A stretch of 32,000 nt of DNA from contig OY760143.1 in the NCBI GenBank assembly GCA_963663245.1, forward strand, positions 858,455-890,454, written 5' to 3'. Numbering within the stretch: position 1 is the stretch's first letter; every line of letters starts with the position of its first letter. The notes beneath the pieces were generated by a model, which worked only from the letters and a program-made list of their open reading frames with translations, had not been told where the DNA came from and did no database searches. Below are positions 1-7,960 of this stretch, piece after piece. This stretch comes from Paludibacteraceae bacterium. Its GTDB lineage: Bacteria > Bacteroidota > Bacteroidia > Bacteroidales > Paludibacteraceae. The position numbers and the translations under genes are program-made.

Positions 1-844
1 TCATTACTTTTTTAGAGTTTGAGGCATATTTTTTCATGTACTCAATGGTTAGCTCGTAATCATTCTTTTGATAAGCACATTCTCCAAGAATCCGATAAAC
101 TTCAGAGTTATTACTGTTACTAGCATTTAGCTCGAGAACTTCTTTTGCGTATGGTAAAAGTTTATCGTATTCTTTCTGTATATAGTAAATTTGAACGATG
201 TAATAAGGTACAAAAGCAATAAACTCAGGTTTCTCTTTAATAGAAAGGAATCCTGCTAAGGCGGTTTCGTAATTTTTTAAGCAATAGTCAGCATATGCAG
301 CATAGTAAGTAGCAGATATCCCATATTTTGATTTCTTTCCTTTTAAACTTTTAAATAATTTTTTTGCTTTTGCATATCTAACAGTTTCTATATTTGCATA
401 ACCCTCTCTAAAGGTTACTTCAATTTGCTCTTTTTTACTTAAGCGTTTTTTCTTTATTTTCTCATATTGTTTAATGGCGAGGTTGTATCTTTTAACGTCA
501 AACGAAAGGTTTCCAAGCATCATATATACACGATCTTCGAATTGTGTATAAGGGTATTTCTCCAAATATGATTGCAATTTTTCTTGAGCATTATCTTTTC
601 TTAGCTCATATGTAACGCAAGCAATATAATATTCAGCTTCTTGAATCATATCTGCTTCGCCTAAATATTCTCTGTCATTTAAGAACTCTTCGAAGCTAAT
701 TAAAGATGCGGCATATTTTTGCTGTACAAACAAATCTTTTCCAGTAAAAAAGTCTTTATCAGGATTAGCATTAATAAAAGTTTCTTGTGATTGAATGCTT
801 TCAATGCTAAGAATTAAAAAACAAAATAAAATATACTTCTTCAT
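1..844 (-). CDS. Tetratricopeptide-repeat protein with signal peptide (N-terminal part only; ORF runs off the left edge)
   Basis: Absent from the supplied ORF track because it has no stop in the window. My reverse-strand translation from the ATG at 844..842 reads MKKYILFCFLILSIESIQSQETFINANPDKDFFTGKDLFVQQKYAASLISFEEFLNDREYLGEADMIQEAEYYIACVTYEL... and stays open for about 281 codons. It has a hydrophobic signal-like N-terminus and repeated TPR-like helical pairs (AAYADYCLKNYETALAGF, VYRILGECAYQKNDYELTIEYMKKY). It starts 10 nt downstream of the Nudix gene stop on the same strand. Confidence 0.8.
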   Translation of the reverse strand, partial: MKKYILFCFLILSIESIQSQETFINANPDKDFFTGKDLFVQQKYAASLISFEEFLNDREYLGEADMIQEAEYYIACVTYELRKDNAQEKLQSYLEKYPYTQFEDRVYMMLGNLSFDVKRYNLAIKQYEKIKKKRLSKKEQIEVTFREGYANIETVRYAKAKKLFKSLKGKKSKYGISATYYAAYADYCLKNYETALAGFLSIKEKPEFIAFVPYYIVQIYYIQKEYDKLLPYAKEVLELNASNSNNSEVYRILGECAYQKNDYELTIEYMKKYASNSKKVM

Positions 845-854
845 TGTTCAGTGA

Positions 855-1382
855 TTAAATTCGATTCAAATATATTGATAGACCTTTACGAATAGATGCT
901 AGTCCAAAGTCATCGATGTTAATTTTTTCTTTTTTTATAAAAAAAGCTTCTGACACATCATCAGATGCTCTAAGTTCAGAGAAGGAATTTATTTTACATT
1001 CAAAAAATAAATCCAATGTATGTACCTCAAACCCTGAGAATGGATATATGTTTGGCAAGGAGAAACAATAGGTTATTTTATTGATAGCTAGATTTAACTC
1101 TTCTTTAATTTCTCTATAACTAGCTTCTTCTGCTGTTTCATTCATATCAACAAAGCCTCCAGGTAAATCTAAGGTTTGTTTATATGGGTCTTTTGCTCTA
1201 CAACAAACTAATAATTCATCATTTTTATTTACGATAAATGCAGCTACAGCAGCAGAACTATTAAAAAAATAGACAAAACTGCAGCTAGTACATTTTTTAG
1301 CTTTTTCGTTATAAGGGATGAAGGTTTTATTACCGCATATCGGGCAGTACAAGAAATTTTGTAAAGGATGAGTTATTTCCAT
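855..1382 (-). CDS. Nudix hydrolase with N-terminal zinc ribbon (NudC/NADH-pyrophosphatase-like architecture)
   Basis: Track ORF is 855..1442. I prefer the internal ATG at 1382 (MEITHPLQNF...). It has a zinc ribbon CPIC-x14-CTSC followed by the Nudix box GGFVDMNETAEEASYREIKEELNL (GX5EX7REUXEEXGU pattern). Confidence 0.85.
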   Translation of the reverse strand: MEITHPLQNFLYCPICGNKTFIPYNEKAKKCTSCSFVYFFNSSAAVAAFIVNKNDELLVCCRAKDPYKQTLDLPGGFVDMNETAEEASYREIKEELNLAINKITYCFSLPNIYPFSGFEVHTLDLFFECKINSFSELRASDDVSEAFFIKKEKINIDDFGLASIRKGLSIYLNRI

Positions 1383-1588
1383 TTCTTTGTCCGTGGTAGT
1401 TAAATCTCGATGTTTTAAAGAAAAATAACAGGTAATGCACAAATATACAGCTTTTTGTAAGTAGCTTTGGGCTTTTAGACTTAATAGTTATCAACAGAAA
1501 TATTATTTTTAAGGAAAAATTTTATTTCTGATAGAATTATTATTTATTTTGTAGTCGTAAAGTTGAAAACAAATAAAATTATATAAAA

Positions 1589-1765
1589 ATGAAAGAGTTC
1601 TTAAAGGTGTTAGGTGCAATTATCGTTTTAATTGGAGTGTTATTTCTAATGGTTTATTATTTTGGTTTCCAAAAAAATATTTTGTTAGTTTTAGGAGGGT
1701 TGTCAATGTTTGTCGGTTTTATGACACATGTTTTTATTAATAAATTTATCAAAGATAAAGAGTAA
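1589..1765 (+). CDS. Small (58 aa) two-helix membrane protein, function unknown
   Basis: Not in the ORF track (short). ATG at 1589, TAA at 1763..1765. Translation: MKEFLKVLGAIIVLIGVLFLMVYYFGFQKNILLVLGGLSMFVGFMTHVFINKFIKDKE. It has two hydrophobic stretches and a basic C-terminus. A strong hairpin terminator follows about 20 nt later. Coding status rests only on ORF shape and context. Confidence 0.5.
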   Translation: MKEFLKVLGAIIVLIGVLFLMVYYFGFQKNILLVLGGLSMFVGFMTHVFINKFIKDKE

Positions 1766-1781
1766 ATCTATAAAAATAGAT

Positions 1782-1821
1782 AAAAAAATAAGGGTTCCGA
1801 ATTCGGAACCCTTATTTTTTT
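1782..1821. terminator. Bidirectional rho-independent terminator
   Basis: Perfect 12-bp stem ATAAGGGTTCCG (1788..1799) / CGGAACCCTTAT (1804..1815) with an AATT loop. An A-run sits upstream and a T-run downstream. It lies between the convergent small ORF (+) and exbD (-). Confidence 0.85.
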
Positions 1822-1835
1822 ATGATGAAGAAGCC

Positions 1836-2309
1836 TTATTTTGTTGTAGCTCGTTGTGTAGAAGCATAACTTATTTTCAGTGCAAATGCTTCTCTAAGCT
1901 CTTGTTTAATATCACTGATAATTCCCATTTTTGTTTCTTGGTCTGCTTTTATTGAAACAATCATTTTTTGTTGATCTGCCTCGGCCATACCTTCTCTTTC
2001 AAGGGTTATTAATTCTGTTACTCTATTTACATCAACAAACTCATCGTCCATTTGAACACGGCTTTCAGTACCGTGAGATTTTATTAAATCCATACGAGGC
2101 TGACCAACGTATAAATAACGCACTAAGGTTTTCTTTTCTAGTTTTTGTAATTCAGTTGCTTCAGGAACCTTAAATTTAACCATGAAAGTTACTTCTTTCA
2201 TAGAAGTTGTTGCCATAAAGAAAAAGAGCAACATAAAAATAATGTCCGGTAATGAAGCCGTACTAATTTCTGGAACGACTTTTTTTCCTTCTTTTCTAAT
2301 TTTCGCCAT
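1836..2309 (-). CDS. exbD: ExbD/TolR family biopolymer transport protein (second copy)
   Basis: 157 aa with a basic N-terminus, a single TM (LPDIIFMLLFFFMATTSM) and a periplasmic domain. The start overlaps the upstream exbD stop by 1 nt (TAATG), suggesting translational coupling. Confidence 0.9.
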   Translation of the reverse strand: MAKIRKEGKKVVPEISTASLPDIIFMLLFFFMATTSMKEVTFMVKFKVPEATELQKLEKKTLVRYLYVGQPRMDLIKSHGTESRVQMDDEFVDVNRVTELITLEREGMAEADQQKMIVSIKADQETKMGIISDIKQELREAFALKISYASTQRATTK

Positions 2310-2893
2310 TATTCTTCTCCTCCGTAGTTTTTAGGTTCTGCTTCAGATATTTTCTGTGGATAGACTTGCTGAACAGCTTTTTGTTGATCTACAGTCAAAT
2401 CGTTATAGTAAGCACCAAATCGTTCTTTTGCCAGTTCATCTCTTAATTCGTTGTAGGCGGCTACCAATTCATTTTGAACTTCTATGTATGATTGATAATC
2501 TGTTCCTCTATCATTTTGTAATGATACAACATGATCTTTAGTAATATTCATTGTCCCCAATAAATTTACTTCAACTGGAGTTACAACTGGTAAGTTTGGA
2601 TCATTAAACTCATTCTTGATAAAATCCTTTGCTCTTTGTCGAAGGTCTTTAATGTCCATTTGCTCACCAAGTACCATTAGTTGATTTTGACTATTAATAA
2701 GAACAACAAGAGTGTTTCTTTTATTAACTTTAATATCAGGTTGTTCAAAATCTTTTGGTATTGGCGGTGGCAATTTCCTCATTAACCCTTTGTTTACAGC
2801 CATAGAAGTTGTAACCAAAAAGAAAATAAGGAGTAAGAATGAGATATCCGCCATTGAGCTGGCGTTTATACTTGGGACTTTTCTTTTAGCCAT
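2309..2893 (-). CDS. exbD: ExbD/TolR family biopolymer transport protein (first copy, long form)
   Basis: 194 aa beginning MAKRKVPSINASSMADISFLLLIFFLVTTSM, a typical ExbD N-terminus and TM. The periplasmic domain is extended. Confidence 0.9.
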   Translation of the reverse strand: MAKRKVPSINASSMADISFLLLIFFLVTTSMAVNKGLMRKLPPPIPKDFEQPDIKVNKRNTLVVLINSQNQLMVLGEQMDIKDLRQRAKDFIKNEFNDPNLPVVTPVEVNLLGTMNITKDHVVSLQNDRGTDYQSYIEVQNELVAAYNELRDELAKERFGAYYNDLTVDQQKAVQQVYPQKISEAEPKNYGGEE

Positions 2894-2901
2894 AATTAAG
2901 T

Positions 2902-3369
2902 TTATTTCTTTATTTGCTTAAATGTATTAACAGCAATTATTGTAACAAAAGCACCAACAATTAATGTGTAAACCGAGTATAAGCACATATCAGAGAATTT
3001 AGCCCAAAATCCACCATTGTCTGTTCCTTCGTATCCAATAATTTCCATTGTTTCATTGCTTCCAATGATAAATGTAATTACTAATACAAGCGCTAAACCA
3101 GCGATAGCAATGATAGATTTTACTCCACCTTTTGCATCATTCTTCATTTTGCCAATAAAATTAAGAACAACTAAAGTTAATGCTAGTATTACTGAAAGTA
3201 TTACTAATGCATAGGCCCAAAGAATCAGAGAGTTGGTGTATGTTGGTATATCAAAAGAATCAGTTCCTGCTGTTAAACTACCTGATGTACCACCGGCATA
3301 AAATACAATTCCGATAATAACAGATAGTATAGCAAGTACCAATAAAGATATTTTTGGTATTGATTTCAT
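2902..3369 (-). CDS. Four-TM integral membrane protein of unknown function embedded in the exbB-exbD cluster
   Basis: 155 aa with four long hydrophobic segments (ISLLVLAILSVIIGIVFYA; LILWAYALVILSVILALTLVVL; IIAIAGLALVLVITFII; LYSVYTLIVGAFVTIIAV). It is tightly packed between exbB (18-nt gap) and exbD (8-nt gap). I recognise no catalytic motif. Confidence 0.8.
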   Translation of the reverse strand: MKSIPKISLLVLAILSVIIGIVFYAGGTSGSLTAGTDSFDIPTYTNSLILWAYALVILSVILALTLVVLNFIGKMKNDAKGGVKSIIAIAGLALVLVITFIIGSNETMEIIGYEGTDNGGFWAKFSDMCLYSVYTLIVGAFVTIIAVNTFKQIKK

Positions 3370-3387
3370 TTTAATTGATTTTAAAAA

Positions 3388-4188
3388 TTATTTTTTCGCG
3401 TATTTTACAATTACATCAAGTAAAGATATTGATGAATCTTCCATGTCATTTACGAGGTTGTCAATGATTGATAAAATGAAATTGTAAAAGATTTGAAGGA
3501 TAATTGCAACGATAAGACCAAATACTGTTGTTAATAAGGCAACTTTAATACCACCAGCTACAATTGTTGCAGAGATATCTCCAACTTGTTGGATTTTATC
3601 AAATGCTTGAATCATACCAATTACAGTTCCCATGAAACCTAACATTGGTGCTAAGGCTATAAATAAACCAATCCAGCTTAAGTTCTTTTCTAGTAGTCCT
3701 AGTTGAACACCACCATAAGAAGCGACTGTTTTTTCAACTACCTCAATGCCTTCGTCGTAACGAGAAAGTCCTTGGTAGAAAATAGAAGCAACTGGTCCAC
3801 GTGTTTCGCGACAAACCTCCATAGCTGCAGGTACTCCACCTTTTTCAATTGCAGCTTCAACGTCAGCTAATAGTTTTTTAGTGTTCGTAGAAGCTAAGCT
3901 TAAATATAAAATTCTTTCGATTGATAATGCAATACCAAATATTAAACAAAAAGCTACTAGAGCCATAAATCCGGCACCACCTTCAATAAATTTTTGTTTT
4001 AATGCTTTGTGAATTCCACCTTCTTTTTCTTCTGTTACTGGAGCAACTACTTCTTCTTCAGCAGAAGCAGTATCAACGACTTCAGTAGTTTCAGCTTCAA
4101 CAGCAGTTGTGTCTGTTTGTGCAGCAACATTTGTTATTCCAAGGGTAAATACACCTAAAATAGTTAAAATTGCAAATAGCTTTTTCAT
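3388..4188 (-). CDS. exbB: MotA/TolQ/ExbB proton-channel family protein
   Basis: 266 aa with a signal-like N-terminus and an acidic T/E/V-rich periplasmic linker. Three TMs follow, including the conserved channel region GLFIALAPMLGFMGTVIGMIQAF and VALLTTVFGLIVAIILQ. Confidence 0.92.
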   Translation of the reverse strand: MKKLFAILTILGVFTLGITNVAAQTDTTAVEAETTEVVDTASAEEEVVAPVTEEKEGGIHKALKQKFIEGGAGFMALVAFCLIFGIALSIERILYLSLASTNTKKLLADVEAAIEKGGVPAAMEVCRETRGPVASIFYQGLSRYDEGIEVVEKTVASYGGVQLGLLEKNLSWIGLFIALAPMLGFMGTVIGMIQAFDKIQQVGDISATIVAGGIKVALLTTVFGLIVAIILQIFYNFILSIIDNLVNDMEDSSISLLDVIVKYAKK

Positions 4189-4248
4189 TTTCTTGTTTTT
4201 TAGATTAATTATAGATTTTATTTTGTTGAATTATTTCCAATGTATTTG

Positions 4249-4336
4249 CGGAGAGAAAGGGATTCGAACCCCCGGTACCGTTCACGGGCACACACGCTTT
4301 CCAAGCGTGCCTCTTAAACCACTCGAGCATCTCTCC
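4249..4336 (-). tRNA. tRNA-Ser: tRNA-Ser (anticodon GGA), class II with long variable arm; CCA not encoded
   Basis: The reverse complement folds by hand as follows. Acceptor GGAGAGA/TCTCTCC, D-stem CTC/GAG, anticodon stem CACGC/GCGTG with loop TTGGAAA (anticodon GGA). The variable arm is 19 nt (CCG-TGAA-CGG core). T-arm is GGGGG-TTCGAAT-CCCTT, discriminator G. The next bases are CAA, so there is no genomic CCA. Confidence 0.92.
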
Positions 4337-4483
4337 AAAATTTTGCCCGTCTCGTTTTTATAATGGGTTAATTCGGGCACTAAATTAAAAAAAAAATACG
4401 AATTGCAAGCTTAATTACACGCTTTGTAACTGCTATTTAATAAAAAAAAGCAATTAACTTTAAAATTGTTCTACTTAATGCGC

Positions 4484-5284
4484 TCAATTAGTATCGTTTC
4501 TTTCAGGTGCAAATATAATAGATTTAAAAACTTGCAGGGCGTTTTCGCCTGTTTTTTTTATAATATTATCAGTACTTTCGTTATATATTTCAGCTAACTT
4601 CGCAACAATCTCTAATAGGTGTTTTGGCTCATTTCGTTTGCCTCTGTATGGAACAGGACTTAGGTATGGAGCATCTGTTTCTAAAACAATGTTTTCAAGA
4701 GGAATCTGTGATAAGGTGTTTTTTAAATCTGAGTTTTTAAATGTGACTATACCGTTTATCCCTAACTTAAATCCTTTGAGATTTAGAATTGATTGAGCGT
4801 CTTTTAAGTTGCCACTAAAACTATGAAAAACTCCATGTAGTTGAGGGCAGTTTAGTCTTTCTATACTTCTTAAGGCTTCGGGAAATGCATCTCTTACATG
4901 AATGATAACGGGTAAATTATATTCTATTGCCCACTTTAGTTGTTGTTCAAAAACTTTAATTTGTTCGTTTATGAATGTTTTATCCCAATACAAATCAACA
5001 CCTATTTCTCCAATTGCACAAAATGAGTTCTCGTCGAGGGAGTGTTTGATTTTTGTGAGTTCTTTTTTATATTCATGATTTACTGATGTTGGATGTAACC
5101 CTATAGCAGAATGAAAAAAACTAGGGTCAGACTCTTCCAATGTAAACATTGCTTTTGTAGTATCGTTATCTACATTGGGAAGTATTATGTGTTTTACTCC
5201 AGCTTTTTTTGCTTGTTGAATAACTAAAGCTCTATCTTCATCAAATGCATCTAAGTAAATATGTGCGTGGGTATCAATCAACAT
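4484..5284 (-). CDS. TatD-family metal-dependent hydrolase (YcfH-like)
   Basis: 266 aa with the N-terminal MLIDTHAHIY metal-binding motif, then GEIGVDLY, IHVRDA, HSFSG and ETDAPY motifs characteristic of TatD. It starts 12 nt after the meaB stop. Confidence 0.9.
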   Translation of the reverse strand: MLIDTHAHIYLDAFDEDRALVIQQAKKAGVKHIILPNVDNDTTKAMFTLEESDPSFFHSAIGLHPTSVNHEYKKELTKIKHSLDENSFCAIGEIGVDLYWDKTFINEQIKVFEQQLKWAIEYNLPVIIHVRDAFPEALRSIERLNCPQLHGVFHSFSGNLKDAQSILNLKGFKLGINGIVTFKNSDLKNTLSQIPLENIVLETDAPYLSPVPYRGKRNEPKHLLEIVAKLAEIYNESTDNIIKKTGENALQVFKSIIFAPERNDTN

Positions 5285-5296
5285 TGTGTCTGAATT

Positions 5297-6400
5297 TTAT
5301 TGCTTTTTAAAATAATATTCTAATAGGTCATTAGCTGCGACAAAAGAGCTTTTTTCATTGTTTAGTACTTTCTTCTCATTCTCTTGTAAAAGAGTCTCAA
5401 TTTCTTCGTTAGCATAGAAGTGTTGTTTGAGTTTCTCGTTAATGCTTTCGTACATCCAATAATTAGATTGTTGATTGCGCTTATGATTAAAATATCCGTT
5501 TGTTTTAGTAAAGCTTATCTGTTCAGTTATCATATCCCATATTTCAGGGATTCCATTTTTCTCTAATGAGGAACATGTTAGTACTTGAGGTTCCCATCCA
5601 GATTCTGGAGCAGGAAATAAATGCAATGCATTTTTATATAAGTTCCGAGCTATTTCTGCTCTATCAATATTGTTGCCGTCAGCTTTATTAATAGCAATTC
5701 CATCTGCCATTTCCATGATACCTCTTTTTATCCCTTGTAGCTCATCACCACCTCCAGTAAGTTGGATTAATAGAAAGAAATCTACCATAGAATGTACTGC
5801 AGTCTCAGATTGACCAACACCTACTGTTTCTACAAAAATAGTATCAAAACCGGCAGCCTCACAGAGCACAATAGTTTCACGTGTTTTACGAGCAACACCT
5901 CCTAGAGATCCAGCAGAAGGAGAGGGGCGAATGAAGGCATTTTTACTAGCAGAAAGTTCTTCCATTCTAGTTTTGTCCCCTAAAATACTTCCTTTTGATC
6001 TTTCACTGCTAGGGTCAATTGCGAGAACAGCTAGTTTTCGTCCTTTGTTTGTTATATGCATTCCAATGGTTTCAATAAAGGAGCTTTTCCCTGCCCCAGG
6101 AACTCCCGTTATACCAATACGATTTGATTTTCCTGCATAAGGTAAGCATTTCTCAATTATTTTTTGAGCAATAGACTGATGTTCTACTTTTGAGCTTTCA
6201 ATGAGGGTGACAGCTTGACTTAGAATGGTTATATTCCCTTTGAGAATTCCACTTACATATTCATCTATGGAAAGTTTTTTTCTTTTTGTGCGACTTTCTT
6301 TTAGTCTAGGGTTTATAGACGGCGGTTGACTAATACCTTTGTTTACATTTAAACCGATGTATTTGTCGTTATCTTCAATATGGCAATCTTCTTTACACAT
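5297..6400 (-). CDS. meaB: MeaB/ArgK-type G3E-family GTPase (methylmalonyl-CoA mutase-associated chaperone family)
   Basis: P-loop GVPGAGKSS, DPSS, VETVGVGQSE and NKADG motifs. The track begins the ORF at a TTG (6415). I prefer the ATG at 6400 (MCKEDCHIED...), which leaves the 6411..6458 hairpin intergenic. Confidence 0.88.
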   Translation of the reverse strand: MCKEDCHIEDNDKYIGLNVNKGISQPPSINPRLKESRTKRKKLSIDEYVSGILKGNITILSQAVTLIESSKVEHQSIAQKIIEKCLPYAGKSNRIGITGVPGAGKSSFIETIGMHITNKGRKLAVLAIDPSSERSKGSILGDKTRMEELSASKNAFIRPSPSAGSLGGVARKTRETIVLCEAAGFDTIFVETVGVGQSETAVHSMVDFFLLIQLTGGGDELQGIKRGIMEMADGIAINKADGNNIDRAEIARNLYKNALHLFPAPESGWEPQVLTCSSLEKNGIPEIWDMITEQISFTKTNGYFNHKRNQQSNYWMYESINEKLKQHFYANEEIETLLQENEKKVLNNEKSSFVAANDLLEYYFKKQ

Positions 6401-6410
6401 TATGCGAATA

Positions 6411-6458
6411 TACAAATAAAGGGGATAAATTATTTAATAATTATCCCCTTTATTTGTA
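6411..6458 (-). terminator. Perfect 18-bp inverted repeat (hairpin), probable terminator or processing/regulatory element between the DUF1573 gene and meaB
   Basis: TACAAATAAAGGGGATAA (6411..6428) / TTATCCCCTTTATTTGTA (6441..6458) with a 12-nt loop. It lies 15 nt downstream of the DUF1573 stop (6474) and 10 nt upstream of the meaB ATG (6400). There is no clean U-tract after the stem on the minus strand, so terminator function is uncertain. Confidence 0.45.
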
Positions 6459-6473
6459 TAGTTTATTTGATAT

Positions 6474-7535
6474 TTATTCTACTACATTGAATTTAAGTAG
6501 GAAACGTTTGTTTACATTTTTAGGATCATTGCTCATTACAGTAATAGTTTGCTTGTAATTTTTTGCTTGTAATTTTGATCCGTCTATCGTAATTTTTAGT
6601 TTGCCTTTTTTTCCAGGTTTAACTTTTTCTGAATTTTTAATTGAGATAAAGTCTCCATTTGTGTCAATATTTCTAATGAATAAAGGTACTTTTCCTAGGT
6701 TTTCGAAATTAGCAACAACAGTTTTCTTTTCACCTTTTTTCACTTCTCCAGCAATAATTTCATTAGCTATTTTTATAACTGGAGGGTTTTTGATTTGAGC
6801 TTCGGTGAATTTCTCAAAAATTTTTGCAGAGGCTGTTACTTTATGTTTGGCTGCTTTTTTATTTTTTATATCTCCAGTAACAAAAGTAATATCAGTTTTT
6901 GTTTTACCCCAATCATCAATTTCTGAAGTGTTAAATTTTAGAGTGATATTGCTTTTTCCGCCCGCTTCAATCTTTTTTGTTTCTGCTGTTATGTGTTTTG
7001 GTAAATCTATAAAGGTTACTATTATGTCTTTCTTTGTGATGTTTGCAATCGGCATTTTAACTTGTTTTGTTTCCCCTTTAGCAATATCAGCAAAATTTAT
7101 TTTTACATCTTTTAAACGAACATCTCCTTTTAATATTGGATAAGCTGTTTCAACTTTTTGTCCTCTTTTAGTAACTACACCTTTGATGATTAATACTTTT
7201 TTATCAGCATTGCTGCTTACTGTTATGGACTTTGTGAAAGGTCCTGGTCTTCCAGCTGCTTTATATGTTACCGTAATGCTTGCTTTTTGTTTTGGAGGTA
7301 TAGGTTCTCTTGCCCACTGAGGAGTAGTACATCCACATGAAGCTTGTACGTTTTTTAATAATAAATCTGATTCTCCAGTATTAGTGAATTCAAATACATG
7401 AGTTACTTTTCCATCTTCTTCTGCAATTGTTCCAAAATCATATAGCATTTCAGTAAATTCGATTTTTGGTTTTTGAGCAAAAATGCTTGTTGATAATAAA
7501 ATTGCAAGTAGTCCTAGTGATATTTTCTTATTCAT
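6474..7535 (-). CDS. DUF1573 domain-containing secreted protein (long form, extra Ig-like repeats)
   Basis: 353 aa with a signal peptide and the N-terminal DUF1573 hallmark HVFEFTNTGESDLLLKNVQASCGCTTPQW. The remainder is K/T/V-rich beta-strand-like sequence. Confidence 0.85.
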   Translation of the reverse strand: MNKKISLGLLAILLSTSIFAQKPKIEFTEMLYDFGTIAEEDGKVTHVFEFTNTGESDLLLKNVQASCGCTTPQWAREPIPPKQKASITVTYKAAGRPGPFTKSITVSSNADKKVLIIKGVVTKRGQKVETAYPILKGDVRLKDVKINFADIAKGETKQVKMPIANITKKDIIVTFIDLPKHITAETKKIEAGGKSNITLKFNTSEIDDWGKTKTDITFVTGDIKNKKAAKHKVTASAKIFEKFTEAQIKNPPVIKIANEIIAGEVKKGEKKTVVANFENLGKVPLFIRNIDTNGDFISIKNSEKVKPGKKGKLKITIDGSKLQAKNYKQTITVMSNDPKNVNKRFLLKFNVVE

Positions 7536-7558
7536 AATAAATTCTCCTTGTTGATGTT

Positions 7559-7960
7559 TTATTCTTTTTGTGTAGTCTTACTTTTTTTAGGAATTACATC
7601 TCCTTTAATCGTAAGCTTTATTTTGTTTTTTTTAGAATTATTCGTTACCGTAATTGTTTTGTTAAAAGGTCCTGGTCTTCCTCTAGGGTTATAAGTGACT
7701 TTTACTATTCCAGTTTCTCCAGGCCCCAATGGCTTTTTACTCCATTTAGGAGTAGTGCAACCACATGAGGCTTTTACTTCGGTTAGTAATAATGCACCAG
7801 TTCCAATGTTCGTAAATTCAAAAAGATGACTTACTTTCCCATCTTTTTCATAAATTGTTCCAAAATCGTTGGTGTGCTTGTTAAATTTGGCAATAGGTTC
7901 TTGGGCCATTGTCAAGACGCTCGCTAGTAATAGAAAGCTTACTAATAATTGTCTTTTCAT
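7559..7960 (-). CDS. DUF1573 domain-containing secreted protein (short form)
   Basis: 133 aa with a signal peptide and the hallmark HLFEFTNIGTGALLLTEVKASCGCTTPKW. It is a clear paralogue of the N-terminal domain of the downstream gene. Confidence 0.85.
   Translation of the reverse strand: MKRQLLVSFLLLASVLTMAQEPIAKFNKHTNDFGTIYEKDGKVSHLFEFTNIGTGALLLTEVKASCGCTTPKWSKKPLGPGETGIVKVTYNPRGRPGPFNKTITVTNNSKKNKIKLTIKGDVIPKKSKTTQKE

Noticed and set aside
1383-1442. 20-codon N-terminal extension of the Nudix ORF (MCITCYFSLKHRDLTTTDKE)
   Set aside because: The internal ATG at 1382 gives a protein that starts just before the zinc ribbon, as expected for this architecture. The extension has no recognisable feature. 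The choice of start remains uncertain.
1728-2173. Plus-strand ORFs 1728..1955 (75 aa) and 1931..2173 (80 aa)
   Set aside because: They are antisense to the well-supported exbD gene or run across the bidirectional terminator. The sequence is low-complexity and F/L/C-rich with no motifs. These are typical shadow ORFs of AT-rich DNA.
2356-3214. Plus-strand ORFs 2356..2541, 2712..2921 and 3017..3214
   Set aside because: All are fully antisense to the exbD and 4-TM genes, which have strong family signatures, and none has independent support.
4109-4363. Plus-strand ORF of 84 aa
   Set aside because: It overlaps the exbB start region and runs antisense straight through the tRNA-Ser gene, so it is an artefact.
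4337-4483. Possible genomic-island attachment site next to tRNA-Ser, and a weak hairpin TGCCCG...CGGGCA (about 4345..4380)
   Set aside because: There is no integrase, and I saw no direct repeat of the tRNA 3' end elsewhere in the window. Flanking genes are housekeeping. The hairpin has a 24-nt loop and is too weak to call.
6401-6415. TTG-initiated extension of the meaB ORF
   Set aside because: It would place the start codon inside the left arm of the perfect 18-bp hairpin. An ATG lies 15 nt downstream.
5931-7143. Plus-strand ORFs 5931..6140, 6601..6798 and 6805..7143
   Set aside because: They are antisense to the meaB and DUF1573 genes. They are F/S/I-rich low-complexity translations with no motifs.
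7568-7768. Plus-strand ORF of 66 aa
   Set aside because: It is antisense to the short DUF1573 gene.
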